DNA of 57,800 nucleotides, taken from a virus. Its lineage: Duplodnaviria; Caudoviricetes. Below are positions 1 through 9,410 of the stretch, piece after piece. The notes under the pieces were generated by a model, which was not told the DNA's origin, ran no database searches, and saw only the letters and a program-made list of their open reading frames with translations. Both the position numbers and the translations under genes were made by a program. The stretch lies in IMG/VR virus record IMGVR_UViG_3300050116_000283, positions 1 to 57,800 of that record; one strand, written 5' to 3'. How positions within the stretch are numbered: position 1 is the stretch's first letter; the number at the start of each line of letters is the position of its first letter.

Positions 1-498
1 TCAAACACCGAGAGCCTCCCGCCGCGCGGCAACGATGGCGCGCATCACGTTCGACTGGTTGGCGATGAGCGTCACGAGCGCGGCATAGCCGGGGTCGGTC
101 GCATATGTGGCAGCCACCGCCACGATCAGCGCGTTCAGATTACGGTCGAGCGAATACTGCTCCCATGCGGCGCGGTAGGGCTCGCCCGTGGTGATCAGAC
201 CGGCATAGTCGCGGCAGGAGTCCTCGAGGGAGTCGTAGTCTGCGAATTGCAATTCCTCCTCGACCGGCTTGCCGTCGATTACTTCGGTCGTTGGCTCGGT
301 GCACGACTCCGGATCGCGGCTGTTCTTCTTCATCCCGAAATAGTTCGCGTGGCCGCAGGGCTGCGATCCCCACCGGGACTCGACCGCCCACTGCGCGATC
401 ATCAACGGAGCCGGGCACCCGGTTTGCTTCTCCAGCGCAACTGCAATCTGCGCGATCTGAGCAAGCCGGGCTTGGCGTTCGGTGTCTTCGGACATCAT
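1..498 (-). CDS. GH73/FlgJ-type glucosaminidase (endolysin), catalytic domain only
   Basis: Motifs AQWAVESRWG, NYFGMK, FADYDSLEDS, YATDPGY; downstream of tail genes; SD GGAGG upstream. Confidence 0.88.
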   Translation of the reverse strand: MMSEDTERQARLAQIAQIAVALEKQTGCPAPLMIAQWAVESRWGSQPCGHANYFGMKKNSRDPESCTEPTTEVIDGKPVEEELQFADYDSLEDSCRDYAGLITTGEPYRAAWEQYSLDRNLNALIVAVAATYATDPGYAALVTLIANQSNVMRAIVAARREALGV

Positions 499-510
499 CT
501 CCCCCTCCTG

Positions 511-849
511 TTAGTTCATGGCCCAGTACCAAACCTGAATCGTGGGGCTGGTCATCTGGGCGGTCTGCTGGCCGGTGAACGTGAGCGTGGTGCCGACGAG
601 CGAATAGTCCAGCCCGCAGGATGCGCACATCAGAATTCCGTTCACGAAGACCTGCGGTGTGGTGCTGGGCGCCGGAGTCTGCGTGAGGGTGTAAACCTGC
701 GCGGCGGTCCGGAACACGTCCACGTGCTGTACGAGAGTCACCGCCATCGTCAGCGTGATCGACGACTGCTGCGCGTGCGCCGTCGGCCGGACCATCGGGC
801 CGACTGGCAGCAGTAGCGCCAGGACGAATATGGGCAGAAGCTTTCTCAT
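511..849 (-). CDS. Small secreted beta-rich protein (tail-fibre region)
   Basis: Signal peptide MRKLLPIFVLALLL...AHA|Q; mature part like phage beta-sandwich repeats (YTLTQTP..VFVNG..DYSLVGTTLTF). Confidence 0.7.
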   Translation of the reverse strand: MRKLLPIFVLALLLPVGPMVRPTAHAQQSSITLTMAVTLVQHVDVFRTAAQVYTLTQTPAPSTTPQVFVNGILMCASCGLDYSLVGTTLTFTGQQTAQMTSPTIQVWYWAMN

Positions 850-909
850 CGCGGTGACTCACGTTCGGTGCTCTCACATTGGTTATCGGCAGATCGGCGG
901 CGCGGGCCG

Positions 910-3318
910 CTACCACACCGACTGAATGGCGGCCTGCGCGATGGGTCCAAGAAGCGCTTGCCCAGCCGCCGTGGGGTGCTCGCCGTCGCTGAAGTACGTG
1001 GTGTTGGCGGCGCACGCGTCACAGCCCATAGTGCCGTTGGCGGCGAAGTCGGCGATGGCGTCGTACCAGGAGCTATCCGCCTTGATGAGCGGGTTGACCG
1101 CGTCGCGGAAGGTGTTGAAGCCCGCCGTCGTCTGCGGCAGAAGTGTGGCGATCACGATCTTCAGGCCGGGCGACGCCGCCTTGCGTGCTAGGCAATAGGC
1201 CTTTAGGTCTGCCACCAGCGTGGCTGCGCCCAGGCCCGAGTCGTTCGCTCCGTCGAAGAGGAACAGCAACTTCTCGGCCAAACTCGTGGTGGCGAACGCC
1301 GCGTCGACGGCAGCAGACCGCGCGCTTATATTGGCGATCCCACTACCGGAGATGGCGAAGTTCGACCCTTGCGGGAAGGGCGTAATCGCGGCCTGCGCCA
1401 GAGCGGAGTACTTCAGGTTCGCCCCCATGCTAACGTTCGGATCGGTGATCGAATCGCCTTCGAACACCATCGCCTTTTTCAGCGACGGAATAGCGACGCC
1501 ACGCGTGGCCATGATGGATTGCACTGCTGCGGTGTTGCCGAGAATTTGGGCTTGGCTGTGCGCCACCCGATAGATCGCCACATAGCCGATCTGCCCCGGC
1601 CAGAATCCCGCACCCCCGAAATTGCTGATGAACAACTGGTTGAACTGAATCGGCGCAAGACCCCCCACAGCCCAGGTCTGCGCGAGGTAGCCATCGATGT
1701 AGAGATAGATGTTGTTCGACCCATCGTACTCGCCCGCCAGGATGTGCCAGTTCCCATCGAGGACGCTTGCCGCATACGCATAGCCGATGCTGGGGCCGAA
1801 GCGAAGACTGGGGAACAGTGTTCCATTCACTTGGCCAGCCAGCCAGAACTGCGGATTCGAAAGGTAGTTGTCGTTCACAATCGGGGCGTAGCCCGCCAGC
1901 GCTTCCGAGGTCGTCGATTTCACCGCCGCGTACGCCGTCACGGCAGACATATCGACCGGTTGCCAGCCCGTGGCCTGCATCCACCCGCAGTAGTTGCTCG
2001 CGCAGACCGTGGTGCAATCGATGCCGGCGGTAACCCAGGAACACGCGGACGCGGTCTGCTGCGGACCGGCTCCGTTGACCATCGTGTAGCTGGGATTGAA
2101 ATAGCTGGTAGGGTGCGGACCGACTTCCAACTGCGCGCCCCAAATCAACAAGTCGAGGTGGTCGTTGGCGGCGTCCTGCGCCACGGGAATCGCGTAACCG
2201 TTGCCGGTGGATGTGGACGTGAAGGTGTACGAGTATCGCGCCCATCCGGTAGCGGGCACGGCGATGTTCGAACCGTAGTTCACGTTGTTGTCGGACATCC
2301 GAAAGGTCTGCGCCACGCCGGTATTGCTCGCCGCGTAGATGCTGATCGTGTATTGCCGCCCGGAAACGAACGGCGGTTGCTTCGCCGTCGTCAGATACCC
2401 TCCGGTGCCAACCGCCTGGAGTCGCGATGCGATGAAATCGCCATTCGGATTCGCCGCATATGCATCGGTAAGAGTCATCCCCGGCGCGGTCCACGGCACG
2501 GGCCCGTTCGACGTGCTGGTGTTGAACTGCTGTTCGCTCGGCCCGATCATGTTGTAGTTCGGTTCCGGAGGGAAGGCGTAGTTATAAGCGTACCCGCCAG
2601 TGCCCTCGTTCAAAACGTACTGAGCAACCAGATTGGATGTGGACGCCGAAAGAGTTGCCCCGAACGCGGTGCATGTGCCCGGCCAGGAGCCCGATGCTTT
2701 TGGTCCGTACAGGCAGTTCGTCAGGGTGTCGAGATAGAAATCGCCGTTCGCGCCGGTCCCCGACACCGGAGTGGCAGCACCGTTCCAGATCGTGTTGCCG
2801 CTGGCGCCGGTCGCGCCCGTTGCTCCGGCGGCACCGGTGGCTCCAGCAGGGCCGGTGGACCCGGTCGGACCTGCGGGACCGGTTGCGCCGGTCGATCCTG
2901 CCGGACCCGTAGTGCCAGCGGGGCCGGTAGGACCTGTAGATCCCGCCGCTCCCGTCGATCCGGTTGCGCCGGTCGCGCCGGCAGAGCCCTGCGGTCCCGT
3001 AGGGCCAGTGGGACCGGTCGATCCGGTGACACCGGCAGCGCCGGCAGGCCCGGTCGCGCCCGTGGCGCCCGTCTGCAAAGTCCAGGTGTTCGTTGCCGTG
3101 CAGTAGTACAGCGTGCTCGGGCTGGTGGCGATGTTCAACCACACGTCAGCGCCTTGCTTGCAGGACGCCGGAGCGGTGGCAGACACCTGCCAATTGACCT
3201 TGCCGTTCATGGCCGCCGACAAGATCGAAGACGCCGTCTGCGAGCTGAAATCGGACCATCCCTGCGCGAAGGCAAGAGCAGATCCGGCAAGCGTGAAGAG
3301 AAGAATAAGTCGTCTCAT
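910..3318 (-). CDS. Collagen-repeat tail-fibre-like protein with CBM/LamG-like domains and C-terminal SGNH/GDSL esterase; N-terminal signal peptide
   Basis: 30 G-X-Y triplets; WGAQLE motif; LamG-like [15 protein letters not shown]; SGNH blocks GDSIT, NFAISG, GAND, DGEHP; N-terminus [18 protein letters not shown]|Q. Confidence 0.82.
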   Translation of the reverse strand: MRRLILLFTLAGSALAFAQGWSDFSSQTASSILSAAMNGKVNWQVSATAPASCKQGADVWLNIATSPSTLYYCTATNTWTLQTGATGATGPAGAAGVTGSTGPTGPTGPQGSAGATGATGSTGAAGSTGPTGPAGTTGPAGSTGATGPAGPTGSTGPAGATGAAGATGATGASGNTIWNGAATPVSGTGANGDFYLDTLTNCLYGPKASGSWPGTCTAFGATLSASTSNLVAQYVLNEGTGGYAYNYAFPPEPNYNMIGPSEQQFNTSTSNGPVPWTAPGMTLTDAYAANPNGDFIASRLQAVGTGGYLTTAKQPPFVSGRQYTISIYAASNTGVAQTFRMSDNNVNYGSNIAVPATGWARYSYTFTSTSTGNGYAIPVAQDAANDHLDLLIWGAQLEVGPHPTSYFNPSYTMVNGAGPQQTASACSWVTAGIDCTTVCASNYCGWMQATGWQPVDMSAVTAYAAVKSTTSEALAGYAPIVNDNYLSNPQFWLAGQVNGTLFPSLRFGPSIGYAYAASVLDGNWHILAGEYDGSNNIYLYIDGYLAQTWAVGGLAPIQFNQLFISNFGGAGFWPGQIGYVAIYRVAHSQAQILGNTAAVQSIMATRGVAIPSLKKAMVFEGDSITDPNVSMGANLKYSALAQAAITPFPQGSNFAISGSGIANISARSAAVDAAFATTSLAEKLLFLFDGANDSGLGAATLVADLKAYCLARKAASPGLKIVIATLLPQTTAGFNTFRDAVNPLIKADSSWYDAIADFAANGTMGCDACAANTTYFSDGEHPTAAGQALLGPIAQAAIQSVW
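2800..3069 (-). repeat. Collagen-like (Gly-X-Y)30 coding repeat
   Basis: [12 protein letters not shown] triplets in frame, 270 nt. Confidence 0.92.
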
Positions 3319-3331
3319 GGTGATAAGCTCC

Positions 3332-3898
3332 TTAGTTACTCAACGAGGTTAGTTGGCTGTTGGAGAGCGCCACCAGTTGAGCGTTAGTCAGAGTAGAAAG
3401 CTTGAGGGAGGAACTCCCTCCGCCGGCGCACGGCAGCAAGCTTACTCGTTGGGAAACAACAGTCACGCAGTACGCGCCATCAGCCAGGCCCGCCGCATTC
3501 ATCTGGCCCCACTGCACTGCGGCGGTGCTGGGTGGTGTGACCGATTGGGCCACGCTCGAAATCCGAAGCGGCGTCGACGAGGTGGGGACCACCCACATCT
3601 CGGTTCGCCGGATCGCTCCGTTCAGCAGGTAGACGGCGTTGTAGCCAGTGTTCGCCGGAGATGCCGTATCGTTGGGCTCTAGCGGGATCGTGACCGCGCC
3701 GCCCACGATATTGAAGGTGCTCGACTGCATCTCCACTCGAACACCATCCGCCGCCACAAAGGGGACGGTCGGTGTGATCGTGATCGTGCCGTTGGTGACC
3801 GCCGCCCCGCCTGGAGCTTGAATGTTGGTCTCTCGAATTACCGTCTGAGCGCCGAGTGGAGCAATCAGCGTCGCACACAGCAGTAAACATCGTCTCAT
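3332..3898 (-). CDS. Signal-peptide protein resembling tail-fibre N-terminal anchor/adaptor domains
   Basis: [17 protein letters not shown]|Q; beta domain [26 protein letters not shown]; C-terminal LTNAQL/LSNSQL helical repeats. Confidence 0.65.
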   Translation of the reverse strand: MRRCLLLCATLIAPLGAQTVIRETNIQAPGGAAVTNGTITITPTVPFVAADGVRVEMQSSTFNIVGGAVTIPLEPNDTASPANTGYNAVYLLNGAIRRTEMWVVPTSSTPLRISSVAQSVTPPSTAAVQWGQMNAAGLADGAYCVTVVSQRVSLLPCAGGGSSSLKLSTLTNAQLVALSNSQLTSLSN

Positions 3899-3923
3899 CG
3901 GAGTTTCCTTTCTAAGCCGCTGC

Positions 3924-6900
3924 TTAGAACACCCTGGCGACCCGCCTGTTCGCAGGCAAAGGCGGCACGCGCCAACTAAGCAGAGTCAGATGGTCGACCG
4001 CCCAGAAGCCTATGATCGGTATCCCCGCGTTCACCGCCGCGAGGTACTGCGCGGTCCATGCGCACGCGCCGTTGAACCACGGCACGAGATAAGCCAGTGC
4101 CGGCTTCGCGTACGTCAACACCGAAAAACCGTAAGCCATGGCGGCCTTCGCCAGATCGATGTTCAAGTATGCAGTGCCCCAGGACAGCGCCTCCAGCTTC
4201 ACGCGGTCGATGTCCCCGTTCGGTGCCATATACTGCGACGGGATGTTGACGTAATTGTTCATCCGGCCGCCCTGCGGGTACGGATAGCCCGCGTTCCAAT
4301 AGACCGTCGGGTTGTTGGTGTCCATCGGCAGCAGCCATTCGATCTTGGCTCCCGCGTATGCCGCCTTCACTGCCTGCGCGATGGCGTGCATGTGGCTGTA
4401 GACCTGGGTGCGCAGGAAGTTCGCGTCCGCGTGCGAGTTGACGCTCGGGTCGTCGTCCTGCGTCCAGAAGCTGGCCAGCGCGCGCCCGAGCGCCGCCAGC
4501 GCCGCAGCCGCCGTGTAAGCGTCGTAATAGGCCATGCCGCCGCCGCTCACCGTGCCGCCCTCCGTATACGCCGCGTTCCCGTTCGATCCGGTCTCCGTGA
4601 AGTGCGTGGCATCCGTTACCACGATGGGCCACGTCCCGTTCGCCGCCGTCGTGCCTTCGACCGCCGCGACTATCGCGTTCTGGCCGGTGGAGAAGCCGTG
4701 CGCCGCGACCGTGCCGACTGAAATAGGAGCGGTCCAACTGGCGTACCCGATGGCCTCGTTCATCAGGCGCGAGAAGAACCACCAGCCCACCTCGCCCAAC
4801 TGGAGCCACGGCACGAGGCCCGCCGCCGCGAGAATTCCGGCAGCCTGCAGATAGCATTTTTCGAGGTAAGCGGTGACCGTCGCCGGGTTGAAGCAACACT
4901 GCTGGGTTTGCAGGTCGATCAGCGTCGTGGCGCCTGCTGCCACGGTGAACGCGGTCCCCGAGACGAGAGTCGTCAACTGGTAGTGGTCGGCGTCCGTGAC
5001 GATCACCGACCACACCGCACCGTTCGGCCCCTGCGCGATGTGGACAGTGTTTCCGGTGACGTACCCATGACCGATCTGCTCCACGGTCTGCGGTCCGGAC
5101 CCGCTCACTCCGTCGACGACGCCCGCGCCCCAGGAGCCGAAACCGGTGGCAGTCAAGACCGTCGCGCCGTTGGCGAAACGCTGGCACCAAGCGCCCGCCG
5201 CAGTCGCGGCGTCCGGCGGCGCGAGCAACTCTTGGGAGAACGCGACAGTCATGGTCTGCCCCGCCGCCTTCACCTCGGCGGCGAAGTCGGTCAAGAAATC
5301 TTTGAACGCGCGATTCAACGGCGAGGACTGCGACGCGTCCACCGCCCATGTGCCTTCGTTCCCGCCGGCCAGGGCGGTCGAACCGATGTCCCCGGCTACC
5401 GCGACCGCGATTCCGGCGCCGGTGCTCACCGACAGGTCCAGACTGAAGCCGTTGACGGGGCTGAGGACCGTGATGGTGAACTGTCCGGCGGTGGCGGTCG
5501 GAGCTGCGCAGATCCCGACGAACGTCCCGTTAATCGCGTTCACCATGCGCTGTGCGAGCGTGGCCAACGTGTCTGCCGGGTACGCCACCGCGCCCAGTAC
5601 CGTGCCGCCCAGCGAACTCCCGCCCGATGGATTGCCGCCAGTCGTCGTGGCCCCTGAAATCGTCGTGCCGGTGTTCGGGAAGGTTCCTCCCACTGTCAAC
5701 CACACCGTGTCCGCGCCGACGCCGAACGAGTTCCCCACATTGATGGTGCCGGTCAACGTCACCGTCGCCTGGTGAAAGTTCCCGCCGTTCCGGACTCTCT
5801 TAAGCGCGAAAAATACGCCCGCGTAGAAGTCGATGTCTCCCGTGAACCCGGCTTGGCTCAAAATCCACAGCAGGCGCGCGGGCGGGATCTGGTACGTTTG
5901 GCCGGTGTCGAAGTCGCAAGCGCAGTTGGCGTTGGCGTACGTCGCGGAAGGCGCCACCGGATCGGCCAGGACCGCCGCCTGGAGATAGTCGAACAAGCAC
6001 GTCCCGCTCGCCACCGTCAAAACGACCGTATGGGTGCCCGCCGCCACCGCGCTCGCAATCAACCGGCGGCCGGAGGTCGGACTGGCCGATGCCTGGAGCG
6101 AGTACGCGCTTACGGGAGCAACCGCCCCACCGTCCACTGTCGCGTCGACGGTTCCACCAAACGTCGAAAGCGCGGAGCCCAGATACAAGTTGTGGCTCGC
6201 CTGGCAGCTATAAGTGATCGTCACCGTGTCGCCCGCGTGCCCGCTCTGATATGCGAAGCCGCCCAGGTACCACCCGGCCACCTGCGTCCACCCGCTGCCG
6301 GCGCGCTTCGCCCAGGTGTCGTTCGACGGGATGGTGACCGAACCGGGCCCGGCCACCTTCAGCGGAGTAACACCGCCCGGATCGCCGACCGTCCAGTTGG
6401 CCAGGACCGCAGACCACTCCTGCGGCGCGAACGCCACCAGCGACGGGTTCACCGTGCCGGAGTCGTACGTCAGCGGAGGCGCGAACGTAAGCCACAACTG
6501 CCGGACCGCCGCCAGGCCCAGCGCGGAGAAATCCATGTGGACGTGTATCGACGTCGGGTCGGTCCCGCCGGTAAGCTTCGAGGCGCCGGCAGGCGTCAAA
6601 TAGCACGTCGCGGTCTTGTGCATCTCCAGCAATTCGATCCCGTTGCCGTCCACACCGACCGCCCGCGACTGGACTGTGAAGCTGCTGCCGGCCTGCGTCG
6701 CCTGCAAGACCGCGTTCGCGTTGATCTGTGCCACCAGTTGGGCGGCCACCCATGCCGTGAGGCTCGTGATTTCGAGAAGGAGTAAGCCCGTCCCGTTGCC
6801 ATCGGAAGCAGAGCATGTAACCTCTGCACCCGTGTTCAATTTCGGGGTGAGCTCCACATTATTCCCCGCCGCCACCGCCGTGGCGTTCGCGTCCGGTGCG

Positions 6901-7562
6901 GTGTTGATGAGATTCGCCAGCGCGGTCGCGATATCGCCCGAGCCATCGGTCGCAAGTTGCACATAGGTGTACGTCTGGGTGTCGATGGTGATCGTGTGGC
7001 TGTAGCCGGTGCCGAAAGAGTTGAAGAATGAAAAGACGATGGATGACACAGCCCCGGCCCAACTCGGCACCACCACATCGAAGAGCACGTTGCCCAGATA
7101 AACCAATTGCACGCGGTCGTACACCGCCGGAGTTCCGTTGACCGTGTAAGTGCAACTGGCCTGCGCGCCGCCCATCGTCGCCGTAACCGGTAGCGCCACG
7201 GTGCCGGGCGTCTCGGTGACGACGCCGCCGGCCAAGCTGCGCGCGATGTAACTGAGCGAGCCCCACGCGACCGAAGGGTACTTCGAGCTCGTCGCATTCT
7301 GGCAGCCCGTCCAGGACAGATCGAAGTCAAGTGTGACGCCCGCCAGGGAGAAGTCCGGCAGGTATCGCGAGGTGAACAGGTGGCCGTAAACGTCGTCGGC
7401 GTCGAACAGAACAGCCACCGCGAAGTCGGCCTGATCGCTCCAGCATCCGCTCATGGTGAAGCCGCCGGCAGATGCGTTGTGCATCGATGCCGCAGCTCCG
7501 CGGCGGTCGAACCCGCGCAGATAGATCGACCGGTGGGGCTCGAGTTTTGAGATCGTTGCCAT
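3924..7562 (-). CDS. Large tail-associated protein, probably non-contractile tail sheath/TIM-barrel type, with inserted beta domains
   Basis: 1212 aa, Ala/Gly/Thr-rich, follows tail tip gene; LQLGEVGWWFF motif; two HG[YF]xTG..VTDAxH[YF] repeats. Confidence 0.65.
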   Translation of the reverse strand: MATISKLEPHRSIYLRGFDRRGAAASMHNASAGGFTMSGCWSDQADFAVAVLFDADDVYGHLFTSRYLPDFSLAGVTLDFDLSWTGCQNATSSKYPSVAWGSLSYIARSLAGGVVTETPGTVALPVTATMGGAQASCTYTVNGTPAVYDRVQLVYLGNVLFDVVVPSWAGAVSSIVFSFFNSFGTGYSHTITIDTQTYTYVQLATDGSGDIATALANLINTAPDANATAVAAGNNVELTPKLNTGAEVTCSASDGNGTGLLLLEITSLTAWVAAQLVAQINANAVLQATQAGSSFTVQSRAVGVDGNGIELLEMHKTATCYLTPAGASKLTGGTDPTSIHVHMDFSALGLAAVRQLWLTFAPPLTYDSGTVNPSLVAFAPQEWSAVLANWTVGDPGGVTPLKVAGPGSVTIPSNDTWAKRAGSGWTQVAGWYLGGFAYQSGHAGDTVTITYSCQASHNLYLGSALSTFGGTVDATVDGGAVAPVSAYSLQASASPTSGRRLIASAVAAGTHTVVLTVASGTCLFDYLQAAVLADPVAPSATYANANCACDFDTGQTYQIPPARLLWILSQAGFTGDIDFYAGVFFALKRVRNGGNFHQATVTLTGTINVGNSFGVGADTVWLTVGGTFPNTGTTISGATTTGGNPSGGSSLGGTVLGAVAYPADTLATLAQRMVNAINGTFVGICAAPTATAGQFTITVLSPVNGFSLDLSVSTGAGIAVAVAGDIGSTALAGGNEGTWAVDASQSSPLNRAFKDFLTDFAAEVKAAGQTMTVAFSQELLAPPDAATAAGAWCQRFANGATVLTATGFGSWGAGVVDGVSGSGPQTVEQIGHGYVTGNTVHIAQGPNGAVWSVIVTDADHYQLTTLVSGTAFTVAAGATTLIDLQTQQCCFNPATVTAYLEKCYLQAAGILAAAGLVPWLQLGEVGWWFFSRLMNEAIGYASWTAPISVGTVAAHGFSTGQNAIVAAVEGTTAANGTWPIVVTDATHFTETGSNGNAAYTEGGTVSGGGMAYYDAYTAAAALAALGRALASFWTQDDDPSVNSHADANFLRTQVYSHMHAIAQAVKAAYAGAKIEWLLPMDTNNPTVYWNAGYPYPQGGRMNNYVNIPSQYMAPNGDIDRVKLEALSWGTAYLNIDLAKAAMAYGFSVLTYAKPALAYLVPWFNGACAWTAQYLAAVNAGIPIIGFWAVDHLTLLSWRVPPLPANRRVARVF

Positions 7563-7826
7563 CGGGTTCTTATGCGTGTTTGCTTTGCATTGGTTGCGGC
7601 GGCTGGTGAAATTGCAACCGTTCTGCTGATAACCGGCTGGAACAAGAGAGAGGCTTTTGATGCAGCAAGTAAAAGCAGATTGATTCGCTGGCCCACGACT
7701 GCCAGATCACCCGGACCCAGTTCATCCGGCAAGCGATTGTCGGAGCGGTAACCAGTCCGGGCAGAACCATCCTTCAGTGAGGTGGTTGTGGCCTCGCGCG
7801 ATTACTGACAGGTGAGCATTCGCGAC

Positions 7827-9236
7827 CTATTGCCCAATGTAAAACGTCACCGAATAGCGGGCGGAACCTGCATATGTTTCTTCGCCGTAAAACGGCAGAA
7901 CGTTGGCAGCGGCGACGCGACCAGCTACACGGAATGTTCCGGGCGCTAGATCCAGATCCTGAGATGCGCCTGGAGCCAGAGTCAACTTCTGCGAAACCGG
8001 ACCGTCGAAGAACACTGACAGTTCGTAGGCGGTGGAATTCTTGATGTTCATTGTGGTCCGGACAGAAACCGCGGGAATGCTTTCTGTGGAGCGCTGCGCT
8101 GGTGGCATCGCCGCATGAGTCCCGGAACGAATCGCTTCAACCTCATCGTGGACAGTGGCTTCCGTGGGCGGCACCTCGGGAGGTTCGGGGAGTAGTGCTT
8201 TATCAAATTCGACTGGCGCGGCGGACGACGGAAGTGCGACGACTGCGATACGGGTCGTGGCCTCGTTGATCTTCGCCACAAAAACCCTCCGGGCCGGTTT
8301 TGAAGGGTCAGCGAAGAAGACTTGATTAATGCCCACTGCTTTTTCGTCGGGCTGGAACGGAAGGTTGAGAATCGATCCCACCGATTTCACCGTGCCTTCG
8401 TAGCCGTCGCTGGAGGCATGGAACACGCACCCGAACGTCCAAGCGGAAGGAGACGGAGGATTGGCGGGCGGGGTCTTGAGCAAGGCGCACTTGTCCGCGC
8501 CAGCAAGTTGAAGACTGGTCTTCCACTGGCGACTGTCAGATGCGGAGAGGTCGAACTCGCCGCGAACACTGGCAAAGGGGTCAGGCTCATCGGCAAAACG
8601 CAGGGCGGCTAAAATGCTTTTCGCGAAAGCTAGCCTGGCTTCTTCGCGCTGCTGCGCTATTTGGCGGGTTTCCTCCTCGTACAATCTCCGCTTTGCCTCC
8701 ACATCTGCCTGCCAGGCGGCATCCGCTTCCTTCCGTTTGCGTTCTGCCTCTTCACGCTCAATCTGCGCCCGATGGTCCTCTTCGATCTGCTGAGTACCGC
8801 AGGCGTCTTTGACCTGTTGCAACAAAGCTCTGCTGTTCATGCCCTTCTGTTTTACGGATATGGCGAAGGTCCCATGCTCATAAACGTCCCCGTGATTTGC
8901 GAATTTGAACTTCAGTACGTGCTCGGATCCGACCGTCGTTTCTCGGACGAAGTCGGTGCATGAGGCCTCGGTTGTTGGGAGGCCGTCGGCGGGGAAGCCA
9001 TAGCTAGGAGATTCTTGCCCTAGGTACGTTTTGACGTGCGGGGCGTAGCTGAAAATGACCCTGGCATGACTCACTGTCAGGAGCGTCCACACCGTCGGCC
9101 ACGTCGTCTTCGTCACCTTGTCGACGGCTTCGATGCTAAAGCTTAGGTCATTTGTGGCGGCGAGCCCGACCGGCACGACGAACAGGGCCGACCAGACTCC
9201 CAGCGACCAAAGCAACGGATGCCGTCTTACCGACAT
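7827..9236 (-). CDS. Secreted/periplasmic hypothetical protein (moron)
   Basis: N-terminal hydrophobic signal, central charged coiled coil, C-terminal small beta domain (IKNSTAYELSVFFDGP..LAPG); own promoter. Confidence 0.7.
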   Translation of the reverse strand: MSVRRHPLLWSLGVWSALFVVPVGLAATNDLSFSIEAVDKVTKTTWPTVWTLLTVSHARVIFSYAPHVKTYLGQESPSYGFPADGLPTTEASCTDFVRETTVGSEHVLKFKFANHGDVYEHGTFAISVKQKGMNSRALLQQVKDACGTQQIEEDHRAQIEREEAERKRKEADAAWQADVEAKRRLYEEETRQIAQQREEARLAFAKSILAALRFADEPDPFASVRGEFDLSASDSRQWKTSLQLAGADKCALLKTPPANPPSPSAWTFGCVFHASSDGYEGTVKSVGSILNLPFQPDEKAVGINQVFFADPSKPARRVFVAKINEATTRIAVVALPSSAAPVEFDKALLPEPPEVPPTEATVHDEVEAIRSGTHAAMPPAQRSTESIPAVSVRTTMNIKNSTAYELSVFFDGPVSQKLTLAPGASQDLDLAPGTFRVAGRVAAANVLPFYGEETYAGSARYSVTFYIGQ

Positions 9237-9303
9237 AAGAGACCTCCCACTGGCTACGTCCGGGCCATGCCAGACATTTCACAAAAAACACGGCGGGACC
9301 GAA

Positions 9304-9337
9304 ATTATATGGTATTTCACGCCGTGCCGGACTGCAA
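9304..9337 (-). promoter_or_regulatory. Sigma70-like promoter for 7827..9236
   Basis: Minus strand TTGCAG-17 nt-TACCAT with an overlapping downstream TATAAT. Confidence 0.55.
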
Positions 9338-9410
9338 AAGGGCCGCCGGCCGCCGGGCCGCCGGAAACGGACATTCGTCAACGTCGTTGTTCACGATTTC
9401 GTTGGTAAGC

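Noticed and set aside
2771-3106. Pro/Val/Ala repeat ORF on the + strand
   Set aside because: Reverse complement of the collagen repeat
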